Shown in pieces: positions 63,712 through 64,000 of a stretch of 64,000 nucleotides of DNA (its first letter is position 1; every line of letters begins with the position of its first letter). This stretch comes from Candidatus Nomurabacteria bacterium (GTDB taxonomy: Bacteria > Patescibacteriota > Saccharimonadia > Saccharimonadales > JAGQNJ01). The notes under the pieces were generated by a model that saw only the letters and a list, made by a program, of their open reading frames with translations, was not told the DNA's origin and searched no databases. The translations under genes were made by a program, and so were the position numbers. The stretch covers positions 340,258 to 404,257 of the forward strand of contig CP060231.1 of the NCBI GenBank assembly GCA_023898625.1. Reading direction: 5' to 3'.

Positions 63712-64000
63712 ATGTGGATATTTATTCTTAGCATTTTGCTGGTTATGGTTTTGTTGTATGCGATTATACTATTAAAGACTTATCGGCATATTTCTGCTAA
63801 GGAGTTAAAGAGAGAGGCACGATCTGGTGATAAACTTGCTAGTTCCTTGTATAGAGTTACGGGTTTTGGATACAGTTTGGATATTTTTCTATGGTTTGTA
63901 ATTGGAGTGAGTGGAGGCTTATTGTTTGCGCTACTATCGAGTCATATTAATTTCTGGATATCCGCCGTACTCATTTCCTTAATGATATGGCTAGGATTTG
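63712..64000 (+). CDS. 5' part of a CNNM/DUF21-type (hemolysin/CorC-like) membrane protein, truncated by the window edge
   Basis: ATG at 63712, open to the window end: MWIFILSILLVMVLLYAIILLKTYRHISAKELKREARSGDKLASSLYRV... This N-terminal TM + 'L..la..Gd..A' pattern is typical of DUF21. Not in the supplied ORF track because it has no stop. Confidence 0.5.
   Translation, partial: MWIFILSILLVMVLLYAIILLKTYRHISAKELKREARSGDKLASSLYRVTGFGYSLDIFLWFVIGVSGGLLFALLSSHINFWISAVLISLMIWLGF

Overview
AT-rich, very gene-dense 64-kb window with many 1-8 nt start/stop overlaps and standard-code stops (TGA/TAA/TAG). It spans a chromosomal replication-origin region: recF<-dnaN<-dnaA, then an oriC-like spacer with repeated TTTTCCACA DnaA boxes, then rpmH->rnpA->yidC->jag. 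I saw no rRNA, tRNA or CRISPR array. The gene content (minimal YidC/Jag, many cell-wall hydrolases, heavy surface-glycan investment, little metabolism) suggests a reduced-genome, Gram-positive-type lineage such as CPR/Patescibacteria (Saccharibacteria-like); that taxonomic call is inference only.
Main blocks:
(1) 124-6287: one operon carrying M15, SLT-like, Amidase_3 and NlpC/P60 peptidoglycan-hydrolase domains plus two PEGA-like anchored proteins.
(2) ~12.4-37.8 kb and ~43-54 kb: a large surface-polysaccharide locus. It contains Wzm/Wzt ABC exporter genes, a Wzy/ligase-like protein, at least 9 glycosyltransferases, an aminotransferase + ATP-grasp + methyltransferase cassette, a polyprenyl-P-sugar synthase/GtrA/polytopic-membrane trio, rfbABCD, manB/pgm, galE, a WbaP-like initiating transferase and uppP.
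(3) Accessory material: a 2.9-kb island bounded by perfect 29-bp direct repeats that duplicate the 5' end of a GT2 gene. The island carries a replication-relaxation-like wHTH protein, an HTH-Panacea(DUF4065)/RelE-like toxin-antitoxin pair and a frameshifted nuclease-toxin remnant. Elsewhere there is a decayed IS fragment next to a BrnT/BrnA-like pair, and two paralogous AAA_14/DUF4143-type ATPases translationally coupled into the wzm-wzt and rfbC-rfbD junctions.
(4) 49.8-51.2 kb: a secreted CHAP hydrolase fused to two bulb-type (mannose-binding) lectin domains.
(5) 56.6-56.7 kb: a candidate cobalamin-type riboswitch in front of an operon of unknown function.
(6) Housekeeping genes: DEAD-box helicase, typA, CPA2 antiporter, mgtE, dsbA-like.
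All family assignments come from motif reading by eye; no searches were run.
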